From an uncultured Planctomycetaceae bacterium (GTDB lineage Bacteria > Planctomycetota > Planctomycetia > Isosphaerales > Isosphaeraceae): a stretch of DNA of 64,000 nt. Under the pieces are notes generated by a model. That model was given only the letters and a program-made list of their open reading frames with translations, did no database searches and had not been told where the DNA came from. The stretch covers positions 1,792,001-1,856,000 of the forward strand of contig CAWIAD010000002.1 of assembly GCA_963833985.1 (NCBI GenBank), in the 5' to 3' direction. The position numbers were made by a program, and so were the translations under genes. Position 1 is the first letter of the stretch; each line of letters opens with the position of its first letter. Below, one piece after another: positions 1 through 11,656 of the stretch.

Positions 1-1050
1 GGCGTCCACCGCGTGCACGGCTCGGACGCCCGGGATCACCGTCGGGATGATCGGTCCGGTCAGCTCGTGGATCAGGGCACCGAAGGTGGTGTCCTCCTGG
101 GGCGGCCTCCCCACCGATGTGAACGGCCAGATGGCACTCGAGCGGTGATAGACCCTCTCCACGCGTAGCACGGGGAACTCGTGGGCCAGGCTGTAATAGC
201 CCAGGTGGTCGCCGAAAGGGCCTTCCGGCTTGCGGATGTCTGGGTCGATCGTGCCGGTGATCACGAAATCGGCCTCGGCGGGCATGGGGAGCGATCCAGG
301 AAGCGTCACCATGGCCACCCGGCGTCCGCCCAGAGCGCCGGCAAAGGCCAGCTCCGGCAGTCCCTCGGGCAAGGGCATCACCGCGGCCAGGGTGAGGGCA
401 GGGGGGCCTCCCACGAACACGCAAGCACGTAAAGGCTGGCCTCGGCGGATGGCGGCCGCGTGGTGTACGCCGATGCCGCGGTGAATCTGGTAATGCAGAC
501 CAATCTCGCGGTCTGGCTCGTATGCGTTGCCGGCAAGCTGCACGCGATACATCCCCAGATTCGAGCGTGCCAGGCCGGGGTGGTCCGGGTCCTCGGTGTA
601 CACCTGCGGCAACGTGATGAACGGCCCGCCGTCACCCGGCCACGACTGGATCATCGGCAGGCGGTCGATCGTGGTTTGATTCTGGAGAATCGGCCCGTGC
701 CGCACATTCCTGGGACGCAGGTGCCATAAGGTTCCCGGCACCCCGCGATAGCGCCAGGGATGTCTCGCGGCCGCGGCGGGATCGACCTTCAGCTCGACGA
801 GCCGGTGCACGGCCTCGAGCGTGTCGCGGAAGAGGAACCGGGCCCGGTCGATCGTGCCGAACAGGTTGGACACCAGGGGAAATGGCGTCCCCAGGACCCG
901 CTCAAAGCAAAGGGCTGGCCCGCCCGCCTGGTACACCCTGCGCTGGATGGCCGCGGCCTCGAGGTAAGGATCAATCTCCTGCCTGATGACCACAAGCTGG
1001 CCGGTCTGCTTCAGGTCGTTCACACAGGCTGCCAGCGATCGATAGCCCAT
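1..1050 (-). CDS. UbiD-family (prFMN-dependent) decarboxylase, 3' end outside window
   Basis: Not in the ORF track because it runs off the window edge. Manual translation from ATG at 1050 gives MGYRSLAACVNDLKQTGQLVVIRQEIDPYLEAAAIQRRVYQAGGPALCFERVLGTPFPLVSNLFGT; the EGPFGDHLGYYS motif lies near 190-225. Confidence 0.85.
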   Translation of the reverse strand, partial: MGYRSLAACVNDLKQTGQLVVIRQEIDPYLEAAAIQRRVYQAGGPALCFERVLGTPFPLVSNLFGTIDRARFLFRDTLEAVHRLVELKVDPAAAARHPWRYRGVPGTLWHLRPRNVRHGPILQNQTTIDRLPMIQSWPGDGGPFITLPQVYTEDPDHPGLARSNLGMYRVQLAGNAYEPDREIGLHYQIHRGIGVHHAAAIRRGQPLRACVFVGGPPALTLAAVMPLPEGLPELAFAGALGGRRVAMVTLPGSLPMPAEADFVITGTIDPDIRKPEGPFGDHLGYYSLAHEFPVLRVERVYHRSSAIWPFTSVGRPPQEDTTFGALIHELTGPIIPTVIPGVRAVHAVDA

Positions 1051-1283
1051 CCGGCCGATTCCCCGCAACATCGAAGTAGACGCGAGTCTCCCAGGTGAGC
1101 GTAGTCAGTACGATGGCAGACGCCCAGAGAGGAACCCCGATGCCAGGATGCATTCACGTTCTGGTTCTGTGCGTGGGCTCAAGATCAAGCGTCCGGCGAC
1201 GAATCCCTCCATGTGGTTCCCTGCACGCCGGCGGAGAGATGACGCGGGCCTGCGCGGGGTACGATTTGCAAGGATTCGGTCCC

Positions 1284-1628
1284 ATGGATCCGAGAGCGCC
1301 GCTGGCGATACTTGCTGTTGGCACAATCTTCTATTTGGCTCTGCGCTGGCACTTCGCACGCGCGGCAGCCATCCTCGAGCGCTGGGCCGAGGCAGGTGGG
1401 TTCGTCCTCCTGGAAAAACGGTACTGCCACTTCTTCAAGGGGCCGTTCTTCCTCCGGACGACGGAGCATCAGGCGGTTTACCGGGTGACCGTGCGCGACA
1501 AGGCCGGGCGCGTGTCCAGCGGCTGGGTGGCTTGCGGTTCGTGGTGGTTCGGACTCTACTCCGATCAGGCACAGGTGCGATGGGACGTGGAACCGGAGAC
1601 CGCGGACGCCACGGTCAAGGCCCGCTGA
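1284..1628 (+). CDS. Small membrane-anchored hypothetical protein
   Basis: In-frame ATG within ORF 1095..1628; N-terminal hydrophobic helix (LAILAVGTIFYLALRW) followed by a protein-like beta-rich domain. Confidence 0.6.
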   Translation: MDPRAPLAILAVGTIFYLALRWHFARAAAILERWAEAGGFVLLEKRYCHFFKGPFFLRTTEHQAVYRVTVRDKAGRVSSGWVACGSWWFGLYSDQAQVRWDVEPETADATVKAR

Positions 1629-1778
1629 GCGCACGGTCCGGAGTCCTCGACTCACAGAAGCTGTCAGGCGTCTGGAATTGTCGAGCCTGTCCTGGCTCGT
1701 CGCGGCTCAACATGCGGAACCGCACCCCTCGCAAAGAGTACGCCATCGTCTGCATCGCGATTCTCGTGGCCGCCTCGA

Positions 1779-1967
1779 TCAGCGCTCGACGGCCTTCGCG
1801 ACGCTCATCTCGGGAACCTCGAACGCGATCTCCTCGCGGCGGATCGGCACTTCGTCCGGGGCTTCGATGCCAATCCGCACCGCGTTGTTTTCGATCCGCA
1901 CCACCGTGATCCGGACCTTCGTGCCGACCCGGACGCACTCTCCCGGCTTCCTGCCCAGTACCAGCAT
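1779..1967 (-). CDS. csrA: Carbon storage regulator CsrA/RsmA
   Basis: MLVLGRKPGE...VRIGIEAPDEVPIRREEI is the CsrA signature; GGAGG RBS upstream. Confidence 0.93.
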   Translation of the reverse strand: MLVLGRKPGECVRVGTKVRITVVRIENNAVRIGIEAPDEVPIRREEIAFEVPEMSVAKAVER

Positions 1968-2219
1968 GGCTTCCTCCGTTCTGATTGGACGCCCCGTAGC
2001 GCCACGGCCTCTTCATTCACCCGCCATGGTCGAACGGCTGGCGGAAGCAGGTTGGATGCCAAATCGTCCGCGGAATCGACACTTTCGATGAGATCGGACG
2101 GATTGCAACGCCGAACCAACCGGTTTCCGAGGCCGGGACGAGACGCTCCCATCGCCACAACCGTCCCTTGTGTAAAATGGCGAACGCGATTGTAAGGAAT
2201 TCCTTCAGCCACGAAGGTT

Positions 2220-4772
2220 GTGGTGACCGTGAGCCGCTTGATGAGAAGCTTGATGGCATCCAGCCGACCCCATCGCCCGTTGCCGGCACTTCTGCTCACG
2301 CTTGGCGTCATGCTGGGCTGGCTCTGGCCCTTCGGGATCGGCGGCAAGATGCCGGTGGGCGGCGATGTCACGCAGTTCTTCCTCGGCCTGATGGGCTTCC
2401 TCGGAGAATCCCTGGGGCACGGGCGGCTGCCGGTCTGGAACGACCTCTGGGGCTATGGTTTTCCGGGCATCGGCGAGAGCCAGATGGGGGTGTATTACCC
2501 TCCACACCTGCTGCTCTACGGAGCGCTGCGCGTGGAATGGGCCTATGTGGCGAGCCTGGTACTGCATACCCTCTGGGGCGCGCTGGGGGCCTGGTGGGCG
2601 GCGCGGCGGTTCGGCGTCTCGCCGATCGGCTCGAGCCTTGCGGCCCTGGCATTCTCGGCGTCGGGCTTCTTTGTCATTCACATGCCCCATCCCTGGGGCT
2701 ACACGGTCGGTTCCTGGATGCCCTGGGCCTGGGGGCTGGCCTGGTCGCTGCTGAACGAACCGCGCGTCAAGCTTGCACGATCAATCGCCTTTCTGGGCCT
2801 GGCTCTGGTGCTGCAAGTCCTGCCCGGGCATTTCCAGCTCGCGTTCGTGACTCAGTCCGGCATCATGCTGATGCTCTGCTGGTCCGTGATTGAACCGTGG
2901 ATCGTGAGAGCCACGGTGGATCGGAACACCGGGTCGCTCGAGACGGCAGGCCAGAGACGTCGGGCCGTCGTGATCCTGGCCTGCGTGCTCGCGGTCTTCC
3001 CGCTGGCCGCTCTCCAGCTCTGGCCGACCTTGCGGCTGGCCCGCCTCGCCGCGGCCCAGCGCGACTTCGACTACCTCTCCGGGTTCGCGGCCACGCCCTG
3101 GCACCTCGTCAACTATGTCGCGCCATTACTCTTTCACGGTTCCGAGCTGTGGCGGCCGCTCGTCTGGGATCCGCTGCACACGACACCCGAAGAGCAGCTC
3201 GGCTACGTGGGACTGGTACCTTTGTTCCTGGCGATCCTGGTCGTCTGGCACGACGTCCGCCACGACCGCGCGGTGCGGATGCTGGCAATCCTCGCAGTCG
3301 CCACGCTGCTTCTGAGCCTTGGTCCCTACGTTCCTGGCTTCCGGCTGCTCATCATGCTGCCGGGATTCTCATTTTTCCGGGCCCCAGCGCGCTGGAGCCT
3401 GGCCACGGCCCTGGCGCTGGCGATCCTGGCGGGAAAGGGGCTGGATCGCTCGAGATCGTGGCCCCGCACCGGGCGTGCGCTGGGCGCGTTGACCGGGCTG
3501 TCCGCCGTCTGGGTCGCACTGGTGCTGGGAATCATCGAGCTGGCGCTGGCGAGTGCCACGGTGGGAGCTCATCCGTGGCTGTCGGATGCGTTCGAGCGGG
3601 TGTTCCAGACGCGCCCCTGGACGGGCGACGCAGGGTTTGCGGCTGTGGCGGCCGAGGCGCGCAAGCCCGTGGGCGCCGCGAAGACGGCCCGCTCTTTCGC
3701 AGCCACCCGGACGGAGATCTACCACCGCGAACTGGCCGGTACGGCGGGATTGTTCGTGGCCATCGGCCTGGCGTCCTGGTGGACGGCCGCCGGCGCGCGC
3801 CGCCGCCATTTGCCCGCATGCCTCCTGGTTCTGAGTTGTGCCGATCTCTTGCTCCTGGGCCAGCACCGGGTGGTGGCGATCGGGCCGCTACGGCCGCTGG
3901 CGAGCCAGAGCCCCGTGCTCGCGGAACTCGCCCGCGCACTGCGCGGGACGCGGGTCATCAGCGGCTTGCGCAACTTGCCGATGCTCGTGCGACTGGAGCC
4001 GGTCGCGGCTTACCGCACGCTCGACCTCCCCGCGCTGGAGCCGCTCACCAGGCTGGCGCAGGGCTCGCTGGGCGATGGCCGATCCGGCCCCGCCACTCGC
4101 AAGGCCCTGCGCACCGCGGGTGTGGGCGTGCGCGTCCTTGACCCCATGGAAACCGCCATCGAGCGAAATCTCGCCCGGGCAGAGGGCGTCGCGGCAGAAC
4201 CTGAGACGATCGACGATCCGGCCCTGGCCGGCTGGCTGTTCGGCCCGCGCTGGGCCGCGAAGCGCGGGCCCTGGTCGTCGCGATTTCGGGTTCTCCGTCC
4301 TGAGCCGGAGCCGCACCGCGCCTGGCTCCTCCCCTTGACCGCCGTGAGCCGCCCGGACATGCTGGACCACTGGTCCGGCGACCTTGGACCCCTGCTGGAT
4401 CTCTTCGACAAGGCCTTACCGCTTGCGGCCGAGGCGGGCGATCCGGGAGTCCTGGAACTGGCTGTGGACGCTGAGGCGCCGGGATGGATCCTCATCACGC
4501 AACTGGCAGACCCGCAGTGGCAGGCACGCTGGCGCGATCGGGACGGCCAGGGCGAGTTTCCGGCCGACATCGTGCCGAGCTTTCGCATGGGCAAGGGCGA
4601 TGGCGGCTGGCAGCGCGTCCGGATTCCCGGACCCGGGCGCTGGAGCCTGCATTTGCGGTACGTGGCCGATGACGTCGCGGAAGGACTGGCGATCTCGGCC
4701 TTCGCGTGGCTTGCCGGGGGCCTGATCCTCGCCGCGGTTGCAATCCGGGAACGACGAAAGGACAGAGCGTGA
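2220..4772 (+). CDS. Polytopic membrane protein, YfhO/GT-C glycosyltransferase-like
   Basis: 850 aa with many TM segments; GRLPVWNDLWGYGFPGIGESQMGVYYPP and FRAPARW motifs typical of YfhO-like proteins; exact start uncertain. Confidence 0.65.
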   Translation: MVTVSRLMRSLMASSRPHRPLPALLLTLGVMLGWLWPFGIGGKMPVGGDVTQFFLGLMGFLGESLGHGRLPVWNDLWGYGFPGIGESQMGVYYPPHLLLYGALRVEWAYVASLVLHTLWGALGAWWAARRFGVSPIGSSLAALAFSASGFFVIHMPHPWGYTVGSWMPWAWGLAWSLLNEPRVKLARSIAFLGLALVLQVLPGHFQLAFVTQSGIMLMLCWSVIEPWIVRATVDRNTGSLETAGQRRRAVVILACVLAVFPLAALQLWPTLRLARLAAAQRDFDYLSGFAATPWHLVNYVAPLLFHGSELWRPLVWDPLHTTPEEQLGYVGLVPLFLAILVVWHDVRHDRAVRMLAILAVATLLLSLGPYVPGFRLLIMLPGFSFFRAPARWSLATALALAILAGKGLDRSRSWPRTGRALGALTGLSAVWVALVLGIIELALASATVGAHPWLSDAFERVFQTRPWTGDAGFAAVAAEARKPVGAAKTARSFAATRTEIYHRELAGTAGLFVAIGLASWWTAAGARRRHLPACLLVLSCADLLLLGQHRVVAIGPLRPLASQSPVLAELARALRGTRVISGLRNLPMLVRLEPVAAYRTLDLPALEPLTRLAQGSLGDGRSGPATRKALRTAGVGVRVLDPMETAIERNLARAEGVAAEPETIDDPALAGWLFGPRWAAKRGPWSSRFRVLRPEPEPHRAWLLPLTAVSRPDMLDHWSGDLGPLLDLFDKALPLAAEAGDPGVLELAVDAEAPGWILITQLADPQWQARWRDRDGQGEFPADIVPSFRMGKGDGGWQRVRIPGPGRWSLHLRYVADDVAEGLAISAFAWLAGGLILAAVAIRERRKDRA

Positions 4773-5797
4773 GCGGGCAGGTGGGAGTGGCCATCGTCGG
4801 TGCCTCTGGCTATGCCGCGCGCGAGCTGATCCAGATCTTGCTGCGCCATCCGCGGGTCAAGCTCACCATGGCGACGTCGCGGCAGGATGAGGCCCCGCGG
4901 CTCGACGCGCTGCATCCCAGCCTGGCCCGGCGGATTGACCTGGCGTGCGAGCCCTTCGACGCCGACGGCCTGGCCGAACGCGCCTCGTTCGCCTTCCTGG
5001 CCTTGCCCCATACGGCGAGCCTGGCCGTGGTGCCTGCCCTTCGCGCGCGCCATGTGCGGGTGATTGACCTGAGCGCGGATTATCGCCTGACCGATCCCCA
5101 GGTCTACGCCGACTGGTACGGCCACGAGCATACCGACGTCTCCGGTCTGAAGCATGCGGTGTACGGCTTGCCGGAGCTCTTCCGCGACCAGATCCCGCCG
5201 GCCCCGCTCATCGCCAACCCGGGTTGCTACACCTCCACGAGCATCCTCGCGCTGGCGCCTCTGGTCGCACACGACCTGGTGGAGCGGACCGGGATCGTCA
5301 TCGACGCCAAGAGCGGAGTCTCGGGTGCGGGGCGGTCGCCGAAGTTGAATTTTCACTTTCCCGAATGTAACGAGAGCTTCTCCGCCTACAACGTGGGCCG
5401 CCACCGGCACACGCCCGAGATCGACCAGGTCCTGACCACGATGACCGGCGGGCGCGGCGAGCCTGTGGAGGTGATCTTCACGCCCCACCTGGTGCCCATG
5501 GACCGGGGCATCTTCGCCACCATCTACGCCCGTCCCCGGCAGGCCGCCGTCGAGCACGACCTGCTGGCGCTCTACCGCTCGTTCTACGCCCACAGCCCGT
5601 TCGTCCGGGTCGTCTCCCACTTGCCGGCCACCAAGGATAGCGCCTACACGAACTATTGCGACATCACGCTCCGCGTCGTGCGCGGGCAGATCGTGGTCCT
5701 GGCCTGCCTGGACAACCTGATCAAGGGTGCCGCCGGCGTCGCGGTGCAGAACCTGAACCTCATGCTCGGCTGCCCGGAAGAGACGGCACTCTCCTGA
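4769..5797 (+). CDS. argC: N-acetyl-gamma-glutamyl-phosphate reductase
   Basis: VAIVGASGY, IDLSADYRL, IANPGCY, KSGVSGAGR, HRHTPEI and DNLIKGAAG motifs; GTG start overlaps the upstream stop. Confidence 0.95.
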   Translation: MSGQVGVAIVGASGYAARELIQILLRHPRVKLTMATSRQDEAPRLDALHPSLARRIDLACEPFDADGLAERASFAFLALPHTASLAVVPALRARHVRVIDLSADYRLTDPQVYADWYGHEHTDVSGLKHAVYGLPELFRDQIPPAPLIANPGCYTSTSILALAPLVAHDLVERTGIVIDAKSGVSGAGRSPKLNFHFPECNESFSAYNVGRHRHTPEIDQVLTTMTGGRGEPVEVIFTPHLVPMDRGIFATIYARPRQAAVEHDLLALYRSFYAHSPFVRVVSHLPATKDSAYTNYCDITLRVVRGQIVVLACLDNLIKGAAGVAVQNLNLMLGCPEETALS

Positions 5798-5853
5798 TGC
5801 ACGGCCACGGCTTCCGCTCATCGACTCCCTCTGGAACCTGGACCCAAGAAACC

Positions 5854-8638
5854 ATGCCAAAAATCATCGGCTTGCTCGTCTGCCTCTTCCCTGCACTCCT
5901 TCCGGCCGCGGAGCCCGAGCCGAAGATGCCCCGGCTGGACATCGAGTCCTACCGCTTGCCCAACGGGCTGAAAGTCGCGCTCCACCGCGACGCCAGCGTG
6001 CCCCGGGTGGTCGTCTGCGTCGCCTACCACGTGGGCTCGAAGAACGAACGCGCGGGCCGCACCGGTTTCGCTCACTTTTTTGAACATATGATGTTCCGAG
6101 GCACGAAGAACGTGCCCAACTATGACATCCCGCTCCAGGAGACCGGTGCGCAGTCCAACGCTTTCACGTCGGAAGACATGACGGTGTACTTCGAGACCGT
6201 CTCCAGCGAGTACCTTGAGCGGGCGCTTTACCTGGAGGCGGAGCGGCTGGCCTTCCTCTCCTCCGCGCTCGACCAGGCCAAGTTCGATACCGAGCGCGAG
6301 GTGGTCAAGAACGAGCGCAGGCAAAGTGTGGACAACGTGCCGTACGGCCTGGTGGAAGAGACGCTGCTGGCCCGGGTGTTTCCGCATGGCCATCCTTACT
6401 CGTGGTCGGTGATCGGCTCGATGAAAGACCTGAACTCCGCGTCGCTCGACGATCTGCGGGCATTCTTCGCCGAGTTCTACCACCCGGCCAACGCGACGCT
6501 CTGCCTGGTGGGCGACTTCGACCCCGCCAGGGCGAAGGAGCAGATCGGCCGTTACTTCGGGCCGCTCGCTGCTGGCCCGCGTCCCGCCCGGGTGGCGGCA
6601 CCGCCAGCGCCGGCGCAAGCCGTCCATGCCGAGCTGGCCGACCAGGTGAAGCTGCCCCGGATCGTCTGGTCGTGGCCCACGGTGGCCGATGATCACCCCG
6701 ACGCGCCTGCGCTGGACCTGCTCTCCACCATCCTCGCTGGCGGCGAGACCTCGCGGCTCTACAAGACCCTCGTACGCGACCTGCGGCTGGCCAAGGACGT
6801 CTCCGCCGACAGCGATACCAAGGAAATCGCCGGACTCTTCAGCCTCGAGGCCACCGCGGCCGAGGGGAAGACCACGGCAGCCATCGAGGCCGAGTTCCAC
6901 AAGGAGATTGCCCGCCTGCGCCGAACCCCCGTCCCAGGCCGAGGTGACGCGGGTGCTCGCACGCATCGAAACGTCCCTCTACACCCGGCTCACCCGGGCG
7001 CTTGGCCGCGCGATCGCCATCAGCTCGGGGTTCGCCCAGAAAGATGATCCCGAATACTACCGCAAGGATTTTGCTCGCTATTTTCGGGTCACTCCGGCGG
7101 ACATCCGGCGCGTCGCCGCAGAGTACCTCACCGCGGATAAGGTGACCTTGCTCGTCCGGCCCGTGAAACCCGGCGAATCCAAGTCCGCACCAGCCCCCGT
7201 CGGCCCCGACCCGGATTCCCATACCAGGACGGCGCTGAGCACCCGCCCCCCGGCGCCCGGGCCCGACTGGTCGAAACTTCCCGGTTCCACGGCGGCGCCC
7301 TCATTTCAGCCTCCGAGCCATGTCCGCAAGGCCCTCTCCAGCGGCCTCGACGTCTGGATTGCTGCCTGGAAGACGCTGCCGGTGGTTCAGGTGTCGCTCA
7401 CGGTGCCGGTCGGCACCGGCGACGACCCCGCTGGCAAGGCCGGACTGGCAAACCTGATGACCCGGTTGCTCGACCAGGGCACCAGCCAGCGCACGGCGAC
7501 CGAGCTGGCCGAGGCGTTCGAGGGGCTTGGCACCCGCCTGCGCATCGGCGCGGACCACGACGAGACTTCGATCGAGCTGAGTCTGCTGGCCCGGAATCTG
7601 GAGCCGACAATGAAGCTCCTGGCCGAGATGCTCACGTCGCCCCGGTTCGATCCCGGCGACTTCGATCGCGAACGGACCCAGCAGATCGCGGGCCTGCTCC
7701 AGGGGCCGGACTCGGCCGGCTGGCTCGCCCGCCGCGCCTTCCCGATTGTGGTGTATGGCGATGCCCACCCCTACGGCAAGCCGGCCGAGGGGTATCCCGA
7801 GGCCGTCAAGAACCTCTCGCTCGAGGACGTCAAGGCCTTCCACCAGCGCGGCTTCGGCGCCAGAGGCGCCCGGCTCATGGTCAGCGGCGACGTGGACCCC
7901 GACGCCGTGGCGCGCATGCTCGAGCAAACCCTGGGCCGCTGGGCCGCGAGCAACGCCGGACCAGGTGACCGGCCGGATTCCCAGGTCAAGCCGGAACCGA
8001 AGGTCATTCACCTGGTGGACAAGCCGGGCGCCGTGCAGAGCATCATCCGCGTGGGCCGGCACTGGGTGGACCGCCGCGACCCGGTCTACATGGCGACCCT
8101 CGTGGGCAACCATCTGGTGGGCGAGGATTTCTTGAGCCGGCTGAACAAGAACCTGCGTGAAGACCACGGCTACACCTACGGCATCCGCTCGGCGTTCGAC
8201 TACCATCGCCACAAGAGCCTCTGGAGCGTTTCCTCAGCCGTCCGCGCCGATGCCACCGTACCGGCGCTCAAGGAGGTCCTCAAGGAACTCGACGCCATTG
8301 CTCAGGCCCGGCCGATCACCGCCGAAGAGCTGGAAACGGCGCACTCCGCCGAATCACGGACGTTCCCCGACGCGTTCGAATCCCCTTCCGGTATCATCTC
8401 GGCCCTCGAGGAGGTCGCCCGGTTCGGCCTGCCCGCCGATTACCTCCAGACCTTCTTGCCCAACCTCGAACGCGTCACCCTGGCCGAAACCCAGAAGGCA
8501 ATGACTGAGGTGGTCGCTCCGCCTGCCCGGTTCATCCTGGTCGTCGGCGAACGCAAGACCATCGAACCGGAGCTGGCGAAGGCCGGATTCACCAGCGTCA
8601 AGGTCATCACCTACGACGGTAAGCCCGTGGACAAATGA
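5854..8638 (+). CDS. M16 (pitrilysin/insulinase) zinc peptidase, exported; frameshift near 6925
   Basis: Signal peptide, inverted zinc motif HFFEH and second-half RLNKNLREDHGYTYG; ORFs 5656..7047 and 6689..8638 join into one two-domain protein. Confidence 0.88.
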
Positions 8639-8689
8639 AGAAAAGGTCGCGGCCAGCGCCGCGTGGCAGGCACCGGCGCGCTGTCCGCC

Positions 8690-9481
8690 TCAGGATCCTG
8701 GTGCCGCCTGGCGAGCCCAGCGCAGCGCGATCTCCGTTGCCAGCTGGGCCGCTCGCCCGAGTGCTTCCTGATTGAAGGCGTCTTCATCCGCGCCACTGAG
8801 GCTGCCAGCCAGGACGACCTGGTCCAGCCCCTTCGTGGACGCAGGCCAGAGCCGGCCCAGCCGCATCCGCAGCCGCCAGCTCAACGGCTGGGCCGGCAGC
8901 CACAGGCTCTCGGCCGCCTCCGTCGCGCGCCCGAGCATGGACCTGGGCTGACCCTGAATTGCCAGCGTCGGTCCCACGCCGGGGGCGAGAATCATGATCA
9001 GCAGCGTTGGCCTGGTGCGCCATGCGTCCTCGGACAGGCGTACGAGCTCGCGGACCCCGGCCATGCCGCATGTCATGCCCCCCGCTGCCGCGAGCACCGG
9101 CTCGAATCGTTCCAGCCGGTACCTGGGCCAGGTCCGGGCCATTTCCAGCAGCAGGGCCGCCCCGGCGCTCGCGGCCAGCCGCGACGATTGCCACGCCAGG
9201 TCGCCGAGATTGGTCAGCAACACGACGCGGCCGGGCGCTTGCGGCGATTCCGCTCGGCCAGCGATCACCAGCGGGAACCGGCGAACCCGGTGGCGGTGTG
9301 CTCGGTCCAGCCCGAGGAGCGCGGCACGCCCGGGCGCTTCGATCCGCTCGGTGCTCCAGCCGGCGGCTGCGAATTGATCCATGAGGAACGATGCCATGCG
9401 CGCTTCGGCCCCCAGCCCGGCATCGTGGCACGCGGCCAGTTGTTCCACCGTCTCCATGGCTCGTCCACTTTGAAAGGGCAT
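8690..9481 (-). CDS. Hypothetical protein, degenerate M28 peptidase-like fold
   Basis: ASAGAALLLEMAR resembles the M28 DNASG.AALLELAR helix, but the metal ligands are missing; start uncertain (9481 or 9457). Confidence 0.45.
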   Translation of the reverse strand: MPFQSGRAMETVEQLAACHDAGLGAEARMASFLMDQFAAAGWSTERIEAPGRAALLGLDRAHRHRVRRFPLVIAGRAESPQAPGRVVLLTNLGDLAWQSSRLAASAGAALLLEMARTWPRYRLERFEPVLAAAGGMTCGMAGVRELVRLSEDAWRTRPTLLIMILAPGVGPTLAIQGQPRSMLGRATEAAESLWLPAQPLSWRLRMRLGRLWPASTKGLDQVVLAGSLSGADEDAFNQEALGRAAQLATEIALRWARQAAPGS

Positions 9482-9726
9482 GGCGCTTCTGATCGCCGGC
9501 TCCAGAGGTTTGCGACTCAGCTTCGCACGGCATTCGCTGAATCGACCGATCATAACCAGAATCGCGGGTGGCTGGCTCTGAACCTGGTTCTGTCCGAACC
9601 TGTCCGGACTGCTGGGGTTCTTGACGTTCCTGCGACGGCCGTAGTATCGTGATCGGCCTGGGAAGCTCCATCGAAAGTGATGTCCGGAACCGACTTTGCG
9701 GCTGTGAGCCAGGCGACAGAACGACC

Positions 9727-11484
9727 ATGCTGCTGAAACGCACTCATACCTGCGGAGAGTTGACGAAAGACCAGATTGGCCATGCCGTTGTGCTCAATGG
9801 GTGGGTCGACGCCTGGCGCGACTTCGGCGGGCTGGTGTTCATCGATCTGCGCGACCGCTACGGCGTGACCCAGGTGGTCTTCGAGCCGGACGCGGGTGCG
9901 GAGCTTCAGGCCCGGGCGCGCGACCTGCGGAACGAGTATGTCATCGGGATCAAAGGGGCGGTTGCGCCCCGGCTGGCCGGCAAGGAGAACCCCAAGCTCA
10001 AGACCGGCGATGTCGAGGTCCGTGCCACCGAGCTGGTGCTTTACAACGCCACGCCCACACCCCCGTTCGAGATGCACGGGCCCGAGCCCAACGAGGAGCT
10101 TCGCCTCAAGTACCGCTTCCTCGACCTTCGCCGGCCGGACCTCCAGCGCGTCTTCATCGTGCGCCACCGGCTCTGCCAGCTCATGCGCAACGCCATGAGC
10201 GAACAAAACTTCCTGGAAGTCGAAACGCCCGTGCTGGGCCGCAGCACACCCGAGGGTGCGCGCGATTTCCTCGTTCCCAGCCGGGTGCATGCGGGACATT
10301 TCTATGCCTTGCCGCAGTCGCCGCAGCTCTACAAGCAGTTGCTCATGGTCTCGGGCTTCGACCGTTATTACCAGATCGCCCGGTGCTTCCGCGACGAGGA
10401 CCTGCGCGCAACCGCCAGCCCGAGTTCACGCAGCTTGACGTGGAAATGTCGTTCGTGGACGACCAGGACGTCATGAGCACGATGGAGCACCTGGTTGCCT
10501 CCATGGCCCGGGAGTTTCAGGGCCAGGAGGTAGCGTTGCCTCTCCCCCGCCTGGAGTACCACGACGCCATGGAGCGGTTCGGCAGCGACCGGCCCGACCT
10601 GCGTTATGGCCTGGAGCTCAAGGACGTCGCCGACATCGCCGGGCAGACCGAGTTCAAGGTGCTCCAGCAGGCGCAGCAGTTCGGCCACCGCATCCGCGGA
10701 CTCTGCGCCAGGCGGAGCCGAACGGTACAGCCGCAAGGACCTCGACGGCTTGACCGAGTTCGCCGGTTCATTTGGCGCCAAGGGGTTGATCTGGCTGAAG
10801 GTCGAAGGCGCGGCGTGCACCGGCCCAACCGCCAAGTTCTTCCCCGCGGAGGCTCAGGCGAAGCTCCGCGAGCGGTTCCAGGCGAAGGCCGGCGACCTGA
10901 TCCTGATCGTCGCCGATACCCAGGCCGTCACCAGCCAGGCACTTTCCAACCTGCGAGCCCGGCTGGCGGCCGAGCTTTCCCTCTTCGACCCCGGCTCGTT
11001 CCATTATTCGTGGATCATACACTTCCCCCTGGTGGCCTGGGATGCCGAGGAAGCCCGCTACGTCGCCGAGCATCACCCGTTCACGATGCCCATGTTCGAG
11101 GACCTGCATCTGCTGGATTCTGACCCGGCCAAGGTGCGCGCCCAGGCTTACGACCTGGTCATCAACGGCGAGGAGGCCGGCGGCGGCACCATCCGCTGCC
11201 ACGATCCCGCAATTCAGTCAAAGATCTTCGCACTCCTGGGCCTGACGCCCGAAGATGCCGAGGAGAAGTTCGGATTCCTCTTGAGCGCCCTGCGCAACGG
11301 AGCACCGCCGCACGGCGGCATCGCCCTGGGTGTTGACCGGCTGGTGATGCTCTACTCGGGCCTCACGAACATCCGCGACTGCATCGCCTTCCCCAAGACC
11401 GCCAAGGGCACCGACCTGATGACCGGCGCTCCCGGAACCGTCGAGCCCCGCCAGCTCAAGGAGCTGCACCTGAAGCCGTCGTGA
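9727..11484 (+). CDS. aspS: Aspartate--tRNA ligase; frameshifts near 10409 and 10708
   Basis: KRTHTCGEL, FIDLRDRYG, TPEGARDFLVPSR, CFRDEDLR/RQPEFTQLD, YDLVING and GAPPHGGIALG motifs spread over three consecutive frames. Confidence 0.96.
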
Positions 11485-11656
11485 GCACCTGGAGCGCCAG
11501 GTCAGGCTTCATTGTCCATGTGATGCGCATCGATTGGCTCGGGATGGCAAGGATTTCGATCCGCCTCGTTTCAGTCTGTCCAAGCAGATGGCATGTCCGT
11601 GTTGCGATTCCATCCAGTCCGCTGGACGACTCCTGTTCGTTCGGTCCGTGCCGACA

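Noticed and set aside
9727..11484. aspS pseudogene or programmed frameshifting
   Set aside because: All motifs are intact, there are no canonical slippery sites, and similar indels occur throughout the window.
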